A stretch of DNA of 53,677 nt, counting the filler, from Jimgerdemannia flammicorona (Eukaryota), in assembly GCA_003990765.1 (NCBI GenBank). It is 3 parts of 3 records of this genome, joined end to end, with 100 filler letters (N's around TTAATTAATTAA, not from the genome) between each part and the next. Parts side by side here need not be neighbours in the genome. Positions count along the whole stretch, not along the records: positions 17,927 to 35,752 come from RBNJ01002393.1; positions 35,853 to 53,677 come from RBNJ01002394.1; 1 more part is not named here. One strand, given 5' to 3'. Both the position numbers and the translations under genes were made by a program. Within the stretch, counting starts at the first letter, position 1. Each line of letters opens with the position of its first letter. A model generated the notes under the pieces. The model saw only the letters and a program-made list of their open reading frames with translations, had not been told where the DNA came from and did no database searches. Below, one piece after another: positions 32,424-45,941 of the stretch.

Positions 32424-33967
32424 ATGGTCGGCTCAACCTCCAGAGACGTTATTCCTGACGATCCGACCGCATATAAAACTAAAGAATATTGGGAGGAGAG
32501 ATACGCAAAGTGTGTTTTCGATGAAGCTGTTTATCGACGGCTGAGCCCCAATACTCATGTTCTTGATCCTGCCAGGGAACCGCCAGAGATCTCTTTCGAC
32601 TGGTTCAAAAAGTACGCCGATCTCAAACCGTTGTTGAATGAGCATATCCCCGATAAGAATGCCTCAGTGCTGATGCTGGGGTGCGGCAATTCGAGTAGGT
32701 TTCGATTCTGATGCCTTATCTGGTATCTTGTTTGATCTCTTTGACTATGAACCCCTGGACGATCGTTTTTTCAAAACAAGGACGTCATCGCCTAACACGT
32801 CGACATCATTTCATGTTTGCGTCATAAGCTCTTTCGGAAGATATGTACGATGATGGGTACAAACACATAACCAACATTGACTTCTCTACTGTCGTCATTG
32901 AGAACATGCGGACGCGCTGCGCGGACAGATCGGAAATGAAGTGTGAGTATCGAAAGACGAGATATGTCTTAATGATACCATCGAATACCCCTGGTGATCT
33001 GTGCTTACGTATTCACCTCCGCTTTTGTCCAAAAGGGCTCGAAATGGATATCCGCGCCCTGAAATTCGACGACCTTTCGTTCGACATCATCCTTGACAAA
33101 GGTGAGACATGCCTTTCCGGAATCCCGGTGTTTCCTTTTTTTGAGCCACCCGCATCGTGACGACCCTTCATTCGCCACAAAGGGACCATGGATGCCCTCA
33201 TGTGCGATCGTGGCGACGTTTGGAGCCCAGATGAAGAGTTAATCCGGGCGGTCAAGGGAGAGGTGGACGAGGTGGTCAGGTGAGTCACCGGATAAGGAAA
33301 TTCGTGAGCCCCGTCTAAATATACCCCGCAGCACTGTTTGTGTATGTAATGGCCGCGGTAGACCATGAAATGCGACGATCGAAATCGAAGCGAGGATTCC
33401 GAGTGGGTGGTTGATTCAATTTTTGTTGTTTTTGTTTGACGCCAGGGTTCTTAAACTGGGCGGCAAATTTATTTACATCACGTAAGTATTGCCATTCTTG
33501 GAATTCTTCAATAGCGTCGAATGGCGTGAGATTCCCAAAATATCCCTGTCTACTCTCTGCAATAATTCGCCCCATCTATATTCGCCACTCGCCCCAAACA
33601 TTCAAACCCTGATATCGCCTTTAACCCCATATAGTTTTGGTAAGTTTATCTGATGGCGGCGCCCCCTGTTCAAGGTCTACGCAATTTGCGTTCTAATTAA
33701 AGAATAACCTTCCATTTACGCCTGCCCTATCCGCTTGCAAAAGGTCAACCCCACTTCCGGAAGCGGCACTTAGAGCGACCGTGCTGGGATATCCAGACTA
33801 AGATATTGGGTGAGTGCTCCGCAGGCCGGGATACTGCAATGTTCTTCCCGCAACTTTCTTTTTTGAGGGCTCCGAAATCTCGCCCGATTGACCTTTTACG
33901 TCTTACCCCTTGATCTGCAGGGGACGCGTTCCACTACTTCTTTTACGTAATGGAGAAGAAAACGTGA
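32424..33967 (+). CDS. EEF1AKMT4/METTL13-type SAM-dependent lysine methyltransferase; 9 exons (32424-32509, 32576-32694, 32829-32942, 33036-33101, 33183-33279, 33446-33481, 33635-33639, 33744-33809, 33921-33967)
   Basis: YWEERY, FDWF, VLMLGCGNSTLSEDMY, NIDFS, ILDKGTMDAL, VLKLGGKFIYITFGQPHFRKR, FHYFFYVM. Intron phases are consistent throughout. Confidence 0.9.
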
Positions 33968-35752
33968 TAATGGAGGAAAGTGGAACGGATGGAGGCGTTG
34001 TTGGAGTGTATGTACGGCTCAGCTGGGACCATAGCTTTGTTGGGATGCGGGATACCGCATTGACGACGAACTCGGCCAAATGGAATAAATGGAATTGAGA
34101 GCCCTTGCTCGAGCATTTGTTTCTGCCCTTTACCTTGTGTCCGGATGCGGTTAATTGAAGACAAAAACAATCAGAACCCTGCATATTTTTATCCCTGGCT
34201 TGTAGATCTCATCACAGAGTTGCGATTTTGGACAATCCAATATTTCTGTTTATTCCCCACAAACCCAAAAAACGAACCAAAAAACGAACCTAGTACATTA
34301 TCGATAATCCGAACCCTGCATATTGGAAATTCCTGGCATACGGGTTTTATCACAGAGATGAGATGTGGCATGATTGTTTATTTCCTCACATGGAAAAAAA
34401 AAATAATAAACCCGAGGCAAAAGCAGGGCTAAAAGATTTCTGTCCATCATTCGACGCAAAAAGGAAACCCAACGGACGAATCCATAATTCGGTCATCCCT
34501 TGCACTTACTCAAACATTTTGATCACGCGCCCTGCGCGTCCATCTCAAACGGAATGGACGCAATGTAAACAACACACCATCTGACGACACTGGTGTGGCG
34601 CGTTTAGCCTTCGCGGGCAATTGTTGCACTCACGGGGCTGGCCCCCGGTCACGGCCACTACCCCCCCCGACGACAAGTAGGTGTGGTACACACATTGAAA
34701 CATACATTTCATGGCCTCCATCACCCGTTCCGTAATCTTGGTTCCAACGCCAGAAATAGCCAGCGTCACGCCGATCGTCGGGTCCCACTTCAGGGCGGAG
34801 AAGGGACGTGCGCAACTGCGACGTTCAGGGTGCTTTTTGGATCGGCAGGGACGCATTCGAGAACGGTGCCGGAAAGGGTGATCACCGGTGGAAACGGTGA
34901 CCCCATCGAGGTTTGTGTTCTGGTGTGTTTAATTTGGGGCCGAACCTGGCTTGGCGAGAAGGGAGCGCGGGCGCGGGGGGAGGGACCGTTGGAAACCGAA
35001 CTTTGAACAAAAACGCGAAAAATTGGGTACAATTTCGGGCGAAACCCCAAAGCAAGGAACGCGAATGTTGGATTAATGATGCCGTGGCTTTCCCTTTGGT
35101 TTATTGCGTAGGTAATCGTCCATACTGGCTTAGCTTTAAATATTCGGAAATTGAGACGAGATTCAACCTCTCCATCGAGAAGCGAACTTGATGATCGGGT
35201 GCTTCCCGCGTTGCCTAAACCATGCCCTGCCCTGTACCCGTTTTGCGAATCACAACCCTTGTGGGATCTGCGCATTGTTTTGGTTTTCCAACCTAGGGGT
35301 GGGATCTGAGTCGCAATCTATCGTGGATTTGGATTCAGATTCATGTTCCAAGATTTTTTTTAAAAAGAAAATTTGCCCAAAAGGCACGGCCACAGAGCCA
35401 CATGCGGACACCCCAATGGCATCGGATGACGACACAGTACTCTCTATGGGACCGTGTCTCTGATTACATGAGCTAGCAGGGAGGCTCCGGTCTATCCAAC
35501 AACCTTCTGACTGGTCTCGCATTACATTACGTACACAGACAGGATTTATTAAAGTAAGCACGGTCCACTTATTTTAAATGCTCCTCCCGTATGTAGTGTA
35601 TCCCATTAGATAAGCGCAGATCCCATCGTGCAGTCCGGAAGCGCGGCTCGTATGTGGTTAGTGGGTTCCAGTAGCTGGCGGGGTTGGAAGTGCACGAATG
35701 AGCGACATAGGTTTCAGAGGGTGCCACACTTTTTTTTTTTTTTTTTTTTTTT

Positions 35753-35852
35753 NNNNNNNNNNNNNNNNNNNNNNNNNNNNNNNNNNNNNNNNNNNNTTAA
35801 TTAATTAANNNNNNNNNNNNNNNNNNNNNNNNNNNNNNNNNNNNNNNNNNNN
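35753..35852. other. Assembly gap with artificial TTAATTAATTAA spacer
   Basis: 100-nt N block with a central linker. Confidence 0.97.
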
Positions 35853-36206
35853 CCCCCCCTCCCAAGGCTCGCCTTGCCCTTCCCCACAGCAGCACCAGCC
35901 CTGTCTCCAGCTGGCCATCCACTCCCCTTCACCTTGTCAGCAAAGCTCGAGGGACCAGCCTTTTCGCCAACACCACCTGTCGCCAGTCCACCTCGCGAGC
36001 CCTCACCACCGTTCGACCCTCCAAAGGCCCCCATCCCCAGGCCATAACCCCTCCCCACTCGCTGCCAGCCGAAAGCCCCAGCTCCCCCCGACCCAGTACG
36101 CCCGTCGGAACTCTTGCTTGAAGACATATTGCTAGTACCTTTACTCCTAGTTGTGTCGAGAACTGTTGCTTGAAGTTTTGTGTAACGTGAATTGTACAGG
36201 AGAAAG
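35853..36206 (-). mobile_element. 5' end (UTR + ORF1 start) of a second LINE nested in the larger LINE
   Basis: Starts CTTTCTCC...TTACACAA...CTAGCAATATG, like the 5' end at 41735. ORF1 MSSSKSSDGRTGSGGAGAFGWQRVGRG...SFADKVKG parallels MATNEH...GAFEWQQVGRG...SFAEKVKG. Confidence 0.85.
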
Positions 36207-36215
36207 GTGCCGCCG

Positions 36216-39200
36216 CAGCCCAGAGTAATCCACTCTTCCCCAACCCCTCCTATCAATTGATCCCTCAGGTCCTCCCACCTCTCCCATACATCATCATCCC
36301 TACGCCTTACCCCCAAGTAGTCCCTAACAGCCTGCCAAAAGTCTCTCAATACTTTACACTCCCCTAGCCAATGTTCCAGCATCTGTACCAATCCCCCTTC
36401 CTGCCCGACATTATGGCACTCCTCGCAGTCAAAGTAGCCCCCTACAATAAGGTATCCTGAGCAGAAGTTAAGCATCACATTCCTCCTCAGTACATGCCAC
36501 CAGACTACCCAGTACTTTAGTGGCATCCAATTCTTCACTGCAGCACTCCAGGTCCAAACCTCATGCCAGTCCCACTCCTCACCAATTCCAACTCCTTGCC
36601 AACCACTAGGCCACAGATCCTGGCCTGGACCCCTTTGACATTCGATGTCATCACTAATGTTGAACTCCAGTAAAGGCATGCCTCCCAGAAGAATGCTATA
36701 CCATCTCCACATCGCCAGGTCCCAAGCCCTCTCTCCCTCATCCCCTTGCCAGCGAATACCAATGCAGTGTGCCCCCTTGGCTATCCCTCACCAGAAGCCT
36801 TTATATCTCAGTTGTGCAATGTTCTGAAGCCTAACCAATGAAAGAAGATCACCAGTCAGGCCTCTAGGTGATGTCCACCTCTCCCATATCTTCTGCAGCA
36901 GGGGGACCCAGCCCCCTCCATGCAACTCCACCACCCTCCTCAGCCACCAAGCCCTCAAGCAGTGTAGTCATTTGGGGAAGTCCACCAGCCCAAGACCACC
37001 TCTCGCCACCAGTAGGGACAAAGTCTCCCAATCAATCTGACTCCGTCTGCCAGCCCAAATCCATCACTTGGCCACCTTCACCAATCTCTTCACTACCCAG
37101 GCTAGGAAGTCCAGATGATAGGCCAAATACCACAGCTTCGGCAACCAGTATACATTCAAAATTGAGATCCTTCCTGCCAGAGAGAAGTATTGACCCCCCC
37201 AACCCTGCAGGTCCTCCTCCCAAATTCCAATCCTCTGCTCCCACCACAGCCTGGGCAAAACAGACCCATAGACTGACAAATAGATGCCCAAGTACTGCAC
37301 TGCCTCTCCAGTGAGGATAATTGTTCCAATAACTTCTCTGCCCACCAAGCCATTGCCCAGCACCATTATTTCGCACTTGTGCCAATTCAGCTTCACCCCA
37401 GAGTTCTCCTCATATCACTCCACTGTCTTCTGGAGCTCCTCGATATCTGCAGTCACTCCCAAACCAACCACCATGTCATCTGCAAAGGCTCCAACCTTCC
37501 AGCCAATGCCATAGATGGAGAGCCCCACTATCTTCTGCCGAATCCTGTCCATCAGAGGTTCCAAGGAAAGAGCATACAAAATAGAGGACAGTGGGTCCCT
37601 CTGGGGCACTCCCCTACCCAGAGAGAAAGCTACCCCTCGATGTCCATTGCACACGAGTGCAGCCCTACTCCTTTCCAGTAGGCTGATCATTACCAACTAA
37701 AATGGACCCAGAACTCCAATTCTATCTAATACTTTCGCCAGCCAGACTCGCCACACCCAGTCATAAGCCTTCTCCTGATCCAAGAAGACAAGATGCCCAT
37801 CTAGTCTATAGGCTCAAGCACCTTCAATAACTCTATGTACCCAGGCCGTGCCATCTCTAATAAGCCGACCTCCTATGAAGCCCCTCTGCTCAACACCCAC
37901 AATTTGCTGGGCTACCTTCTGTAGCCTTGCGACCACCACCTTAGTTACCAACTTCCTGTCCATATCTAGCAACATTATTGGCCGCCAGTTCTTCCAATCC
38001 TCTTGCCTTCCCTTGTTCTTATAAAGCAGTGTCACCAGCCCAAGGTCCTGCTCTCCCACCCATCTCCCTGACTGCAAAATAGAGTCACACAGTGCTGTCA
38101 ACTCCCCCGATATGCCCGGGACTCCAACCATTCACTTCCAGAAGTCCCAAGGGAGGCCATCCTCTCCAGACGCCATACCCGAGGCTATCGCGGCAAGAAC
38201 CTGGTGGATCTCTTCCTCCCTTATGAGCATCACCAGGTCACCTAGTCCCTCAGCTTGTAGTGGGTACCAATCCTCTAATATTTGGTCAATGGCTGTAGCA
38301 TCCACCCCACCCTCCTCCTCACTCCACAATCCACTCCATCGCGCCTTCAGCATTCCAAGGATGTCCTGTACACCATGCACTAGTATATCATCTGAGCCAA
38401 GTACCCCTTCCTACTGCTGCTGTACCCTTCTCGCTTGAAGTATCCTTGTGAGAAACTTGGAAGGCCTCTCCCCTTCCTCCAGCCCCTGCCAACGAAGCCA
38501 TGCCACCAGGCCTTACACCCTTGACTCTTCCTCTTCCTGCAACACCTGTTGCAGTTCCCCAACCTCCATCTTCACCCTCATCATTCTCCAATCCTCTTCT
38601 CCCTCTACTGCCGCCAGACTCGCCCACTCCTCCAGGAGCCTAGCCAATCTAGTAGAAGCCCAACACACTTTCTGTCTTCACTGCTTCTCAGCCACTCTGC
38701 CAGCCTTGCTCCAATACATCCGGGCCATCTCTTTCATCCTCATCCACCAAACCCCAATCATGGCCCCTTTCTGCCGCCAATTCGCCACCTTCAGCTGAAT
38801 GTCTTTCACCTATACCTCCCACCAGGCCTCATCATCCAACAAGGAGGAATTTAGGTGCCAATATCCAGGCCCATCCCTACTTCCCCCAAAACACTCCTAT
38901 CTCAAGAGGCTCCAGTGATCTGACCACGGACACCATTCTACCTCTAACACCTTCCAAACATCGCAGCCCCAACAGTCGGCCATCAGAATCCAGTCAATCC
39001 TTATCCCTAGACCTCCAGCCCAATGCGTATATACCCTCCTGTCCCCCCAGTGCTCTCTACCAGCATCTACCAGTGCACCTAGCCATTCAACTTCCTCCCA
39101 TATCACCAACCCCCCACTCCTGCTCTCTGCACCCCGTCCTCCATCAGTTCTATCCAGCCGTACATCCTGAACCATATTGAAATCTCCTCCAAGCATATCC

Positions 39201-41735
39201 AACCTAGCTTCAGCAAGGATCCCACTCTCCAGGAGCCCTTTCATCCAATCCACATGCCCCCCCCGTACAGCAGAGCAGTAACAGGAGCCAATGGTGACCA
39301 GCTCCCAACCTGCATGAATCCACTCACCCCAGACCAGTCTCTCCCCCCAGCTCCTCACATCCTTTATCTCCCCTCTGCCTTTCTGAACCAGAATCCCAAC
39401 CTTGCTATTCCAAGTTGCCATACCACCCCATTCCCTAGTCCATTCTATCCTATCAGTATCATCCTCACACCTGACATCCTGCAAGAGAAAGAGATCAGCC
39501 TCCAATCCCTTCAACCAAATAAAAATGTTCCTGTATCAAACTGCACCCCTCAGCTCATTCACGTTCAAAGAAAAAATGTTGGTTGTACTGTTCATAGTAA
39601 AATACGGTTTGTTCTCAATCAATCCCTACTGCTCCATGCCCCTCCCCTCCTGTGCCATGTCTAGATTATATTCAGCCATCACCTCCTCCTCTTCAGCCCT
39701 CTGAGCCTCCAGTCCAGCCAACAGCTCATTCATCTCCTCATCAGCCTTCTCCTCAAACTCCTCTCGGTACTTGATGCAAGCCTCCTGCCAAAGCTGTAAC
39801 CCATGATGCCTGTTCCAACAGTACTCAGTCTTCTCCCCAGCAACCACTGCCAACTCTGCCTCCCTCTCCTTATCCACCTCATACCCTTTCTCCTCCAGAT
39901 ACACTGCAAGAATTTCCACCTTCAGCGCCATCGCCACTCCTTCTCTCTGCAAAATTCTTGCCCAGTGCTTGTCACCCATCCCCCGCAAGTCCACCTTCCC
40001 CAGCTCTTCTGCTGCCAGGTTATTCATCATCCGGCACATCCAAAGTAGGTTCCCCACCTCCTTTCCACCAGGGGTCACCAGCCTCCCTCCATCCAGCATC
40101 ATGGTGTCAGCTCCCGCACTCGCGTCCTCATCCTATACCTCCGGGACATCCACCAGTTCCTCCTCCCCTGCTGCCACTACTTGGTCCCCATCCAATACCT
40201 CCGGAATACTGAATTTCATCTGCTGGATCCCCAGCATCGTCACATCCTCCCCAGACTTGTTCCTGGAAGCCGGGCCATGCCTAATAAGAGGAGAAGGGGT
40301 GGGGGAATTCTCCCAGACTTCATCCCAAACCTCCAAGGTGCCATTAGCATATAGGTCGCTAATATTTACCTCCTTAGCCTTCTCTGACTTTGCCCCATCA
40401 TTCCCACTCCTCTCACCAGCCCAGACACTCGCTCCGGCCCCTTCTGCACCCATCTTCATGCTTGCATCCTTCTGTGGTCCACCCCCCAGCTTAGCCAGCA
40501 GATCCTTCTGCCTTTTCCACCTCTGAGCCCTTTTCCACTGCACCTTGTCCACTCGAATCCTCTTTCCATCCACCACCTCCAGGAGCGTCGACTCCTCAAA
40601 AGCCTTCCAGGCCTTAGCTCGCTGTTCCACAGCCCCATCCAGCTCCTCCAGTGCCTCCAATAAATCTTCCTCCTCTTCTTCACTTCCTTTCACCTGTGTC
40701 ACCTTGCACAGGAAAGCTCCCCAGACCAACACTGAAGGCCAGTCCCTCGTCTTCCCGGTAGCCTCTTTCCCAGCCAGCCGAATCCTCACATCCACATCCC
40801 CAGTCCTGAGCGTGGTCCCTTCCCAAACCCTGAATCTGATATCCACCATCTCTCTGTACTCTGCCATGACATCCTCCACTCTCTTCCTTGTCTCCATTGC
40901 CATCACCGTGGGTACTCCCTTCACCAGCAGTTGGACTACCCTCGGATCCCATTTCAGACACCTTGCCATCGGAACACACACCTCCCCAACCACCAACCCA
41001 ACCTTCAGCGCCTCCTCCAGCAGTTCAACCTCCTCAAATCCCACCTCCACCCCCTCCAGTCCCTTCAGAAACTTCACCGAAGCCGCTCTCGCCACCTGCT
41101 TAGCGATAAGCCCCAACACTATTTTTGCCATCACCGCTAAGCCCCAGAAGCACAGTATGACTGTGAATACTGAGATCAACTTCTTGAGTAATGGAGCCAC
41201 CACCAGTCCTGTTACACCATCCGCCAGGTCTCCAGGCCTCGTGCCCTTCCCACCACTTGGCTCACCATCAGCAGTCCCATCTAGATTTTTTTCCAGATCA
41301 CCCATCACACCCCCATCAGCAGTCCCCGCCCCAGCCGCTATCCCCCCAGCTCCACTCCTATGGCCCGCTAGAGAGGTACCCCCAAGAGATTACTACCTGG
41401 AGGCCGCCACCGATACCTTCCCCCCTCTCAACCAGCTCTCCAGTCCAGCTCCCTGCTGATCCCCCTTCACCTTCTCCGCAAAGCTCACCCTGCCAGACCC
41501 TTGACCTCCAGCTCCGCCCCCTCCTCCACCGCAGCCCCCCGCCAGCAGGCCCCTCATACTTCCCTCCAAGCCGGGGCCTCTCCCTACTTGCTGCCATTCA
41601 AATGCTCCAGGGCCATCCTGCCCAGTATGCACCTCTAGATGCTCATTGGTTGCCATGATGCTAGTAGCTTTTCACCAGAAACTGTGTTGAAAGTATTGCC
41701 AAAGGGTTGTGTAACCTGAATATTACCGGAGAAAG
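36216..41735 (-). mobile_element. Near full-length degenerate L1/Tx1-like LINE: 5' UTR, ORF1 (41656-39626), ORF2 APE endonuclease-RT-zinc region (from 39595)
   Basis: APE: SLNVNEL, LLQD, GGDFN, IRIDWIL, WSDH. RT: NWRPIMLL, QRGFIGGR, LDQEKAYD, GVPQRDPLS, AFADDM. C-terminal CEEC...EHWLGEC. Confidence 0.93.
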
Positions 41736-41759
41736 ATGTTATTTTGTCCAAAAGACCTT

Positions 41760-43050
41760 GCTTATACTTGCTAACAAGTGGTATAATATTTGTAAGTCTA
41801 AAATAATTTCATTTATCTGAATAATGATAAGAGTGAGCTCAGTAAGCCATTCTATAGAAACTATATAAAGTAACTACTCTATATCATATTCTTCAAATAG
41901 AAACCTTAGTTTGCAAATATATTTCAAAAAGATAAATATATTAACTATTATACAGTTGCTATTATTTGCACATTTGTGAGTATATTTTTAAGTTTATTAA
42001 TTTATATTTATCAGTATATATTTATTTAGTATATACTTATTCCTTTATATAATTATAGCTAAATTATATTATCTGGTCTGATGTTTTATTAAGAACTTTC
42101 AATGAAAGAGAGTATAAGAAAATATATATGAAATGGCTTGAGATAATTAATAAGATTCACACTTACATCAATCTACTTAAGATTGAAAAAAACAGTTCAT
42201 GACCTGTGTAAAGATATTGACTCAGATGAAGATATATAATGAGATAATTGATATCTCTGATATGTATTCCTCTTTATTAAATAAGAATGATCTGATCCAA
42301 GAGAGAGATAAGTACAATACAGAGCAGGATATATAGTAATATATAGGAGGAACTATTTACAGAAGAAAAAAGTGTTTATAGAAAGAAAATATCTATAGAG
42401 AGAAATTGTTTGTAGAAGTGTTTGTAAATAAAAAAAGAAATAAAATAGGGGTTTTTTTTTTTTTAGAAATTTAACCTTGTGTTTATCCATTGTTTGCAAG
42501 CTGTTCATGTCTATAGAATATAAGTTTATGCTTGCATTAAAGAGTTCATATCTGTAGAATATCAGTTTATTGCTTATATTAAAAAGTTTATATCTATCAT
42601 TAATAAAATAAGTTTATGTCTATAGCAAATATTCAAATATATATATATATTCCTATCTGTAAAATATGTTTGAGTTTATGATATATTATTACAAATATGT
42701 ATTAGAATTTATAGATATCTGATAAATACACTTAGAACTGAATTATTTTTTCATAATGATTATTATTAAATATTTAATAACAAGATTGTAATTATTATAA
42801 AAATTTCAAAAAAAAAGATAGCTGAGTTAGTATAAGTATAATTATAATATATAAAATACTAATTTTAAAATATTTATAAAGTAGAAACCCCTAATAATAT
42901 TATTATATTATATTATATTATTAAAATTTATTTAAAATAATATATCTATATTAAATTATAAAATATTAATAAATAATAATATATTTTATAATATTGTATA
43001 CAAATTCAAATTTTTTAATAATTCTTAAAGGTATTTTAATATAATTAGAT
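41760..43050. other. Very AT-rich, CpG-free relic, probably a heavily mutated repeat
   Basis: Almost no CpG, TpA-rich, with no ORFs. Confidence 0.5.
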
Positions 43051-43802
43051 CCATCACTCTGGGGTTCAAACCTGTAAAAACCAAGAGCATAATCCAGTAG
43101 TAGTTTGGTGATTGCACGTGATATTTCGTACATTTAACTTTACGTATGTGCGGAATGGTTATATCTACCGGTTGCGAACATGCTATGCTGCTACACAATT
43201 CGCTCGCGAAGCTTAGCGTGAAGTATATCTTATTATTAGATGGTCTGAACATTCTGAACATTCCGTTACTAGTGGCCGTACGAGACGCCAAGATGCAGTT
43301 GCAACGTAAAAATTGCGATAAATGATTTATCGGGAATGTATATACGTACCACCGACTACGCGGCATGGGGATAGAGTATTAATAGTTGAATTAAATCTTG
43401 CAGGCTGCGACGTCATTCTTGGGCAAATGATTTGTATACATGTGCAACCTAAGCGGACAAATTTGATGTTAAGACTATCGAAAACCAAACACGCGTACCT
43501 TGATTAACCACCTACGCCAGAGTCGGTATTGATCAGCGAGCGACAGGAGGATGCTTCCGTTGGAAAGGGCACGTTCCATTTTTCTGCCAAGCATCAAATT
43601 GACAGTGATCGATGGCCAAAGCGTGGTCCGTCGGGGGTTGAGGGTCCAAAAGTCTTGGCAGGCCGGGACACGGGGCATTCGGGGTCTGGAGAGCCATTTA
43701 TCCCGATTTAGATTTGGGGCTAGCGTGGCTGGTGTACTAGAACGTGGTGAAATAAATAATATAAAAATGAACTTATTTCTTCTCGATCCCCCCAATACAA
43801 CC

Positions 43803-45941
43803 ATGAGATCACCATCGCTCTCGAGAATCCTGTTCCTCTCCGTTGTCATTACCACGGCATGTCTTGTTACCGTCGCCGCTCAGAACACCACGGCTAGCGC
43901 GACCACGACCTCCACGGTTCCGAGCGCGACCGTCTTCCCGAACCCCTACTACGTCGCCCTGCTCAACGATTCCATGTGGTTCTACGAGGCCCAGAGGTCT
44001 GGGACGCTTCCAGCGAATAATAGGGTCAGCTGGTATGCATGTGGTGGGGAGAGTTTGGGTTGGTGGTATCCAAGAAAGAGATAGAGGGGGGAGGGGGTGG
44101 ATTTTGCCTGCGTCGTTCGGTTTTCCGTTCAAATCCGATTTCGAAACATTGTTACACCACATGCTCAATCGATCAACCCTACTGTTATATATATCTCCTC
44201 CCGACAGGCGTCACGATTCGGGCCTCGCCGATGGCAAGGACCACGGCGTGGACTTGGTCGGGGGCTACTATGACGCCGGGGACTACCTCAAGTTCACGCT
44301 GCCGCTCGCCCATTCGCTCGCCGTTCTTTCTTGGGGAGGTATCGAGTTCTTTCAGGGTTATGTTCTTGCCAATCAGACGGCCTATCTGCGCGACACCGTC
44401 AAGTGGGGAACCGACTGGCTGATCAAGGCTCATCCTCAGGATAATGTGCTTTATGTACAGGTAGGTGGGAGGTTTTTATTTATTTTGGGGGGGTTTTTTT
44501 TTTTTTCTTGAGGGTAGCTATGGAAGGGATGTAGGGTGTGGGTGGGAAGAATATGAAGGAAGCAGGGATATTAATGACATTTTTAATAGGTCGGCGACGG
44601 TGCTGTCGACAACAATTACTGGGGTAAGTTATCCTTATTGTGCGCAATTTCAATCGTCAATCCAAGAGCTCACAGCAGAACAATGTAATTGACATATACA
44701 CAACCTCTTTCTCTCCATCAGGCCCGGACACCAACATTCCGATCCCCCGCCCCTCCTACTACGTCGATTCCAGCAACCACGGCACGGACGTCGTAGCCGA
44801 GACCGCCGCAGCCTTAGCCTCTGCCTCGATTCTATTTAGCACATACCTAAATGACACGACTTACGCGGCGACACTCCTCTCGCACGCCAAGACACTCTTC
44901 ACCTTCGCCGAATTGACCCCGCGTCAGTCCTATGTCAGCGCCGTTTCGGCCGCCAAGAGCTACTACTCGACCAACGCCTACGGGGACGAGCTTGCCTTCG
45001 CCGCCCTCTGGCTCTACCGTGCCACCAATTCCTCTACCTATCTCCAGAAGGCCTCTGACTACTTCGACCAATACTCCCTAGCTGGCCTTTCCGCACCCAT
45101 GGATTGGTCCGACCAGACCGGTAGCGTCTACGTCCTCGGCGCCAAGCTCGACCCCTCGAACGCCAAATACGCCCGCGAGGCCGAACGTTACCTTGACAAC
45201 CTCGTCGGCTTCAACAGCCCCTGCACAAAAACTACGGGGGGCATGCTCTGGTGCACGGGTTTCTCCGACTTAAACTCCCTCGTCCCCGTCCAGGACACCT
45301 CGCTCCTCGCGCTCCTCTACGCCCCCCTGAACTCGCAAAAGAACGAATCTTACACCTCCTTCGCCCTTTCCCAGCTTGATTATCTGCTCGGCAACAACCC
45401 AATGCTCACCCCCTACGTCGTCGGCGTCCACCCGAATTCCCCGCAGAACCCGCACCACGCCGGCGCCGCTGGCGGAACAGATGTTAGCGACATCAACGGG
45501 TCCCCGCCAACAGAGCTACATGTCCTTTATGGCGCCGTTGTCGGCGGGCCCGCGCAGACCGACTCATTCAACGATATCCGAAACGATTGGGCACAGACTG
45601 AAGTCGCGCTCGATTATAACGCACCGTTCCAGGGCCTCGTCGCCTATCAAATAATGCACACGACGCAAAACCCGGCCTATGTCGCCATCACCCAGCCGAG
45701 GCCAAGTAGCCCGAGGACGACGTCTGGAATGGCAACGTGGAAGGTGGCCGTTATTGTCGTTGTTGTGCTGCTGGTTCTTATTGGAGTGGCCTTGGCCGTG
45801 TTTATTGTGCGCAGGAGGAGGTCGAAGATAAGCCGAATTATGATAATCGTTAAAAGGGTTACTTTTTCTGTACATGTTCATAGAGAGTCTGTAAATACTT
45901 CGTTTTCGGGTTGGAGGGGTTTACGCACAATCATAGATTAA
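43803..45941 (+). CDS. Glycoside hydrolase family 9 endoglucanase with signal peptide and C-terminal transmembrane anchor; exons 43803-44032, 44208-44460, 44590-44623, 44722-45941
   Basis: WFYEAQRSG, DLVGGYYDAGDYLKF, KWGTDWLIKAH, PQNPHHA, LYGAVVGGP, TEVALDYNA. TM helix VAVIVVVVLLVLIGVALAVFIV followed by RRRR. The exact C-terminus is uncertain. Confidence 0.92.

Noticed and set aside
35801..36712. 303-aa ORF
   Set aside because: A chance in-frame chimera of host LINE ORF2 with the nested LINE 5' UTR and ORF1.
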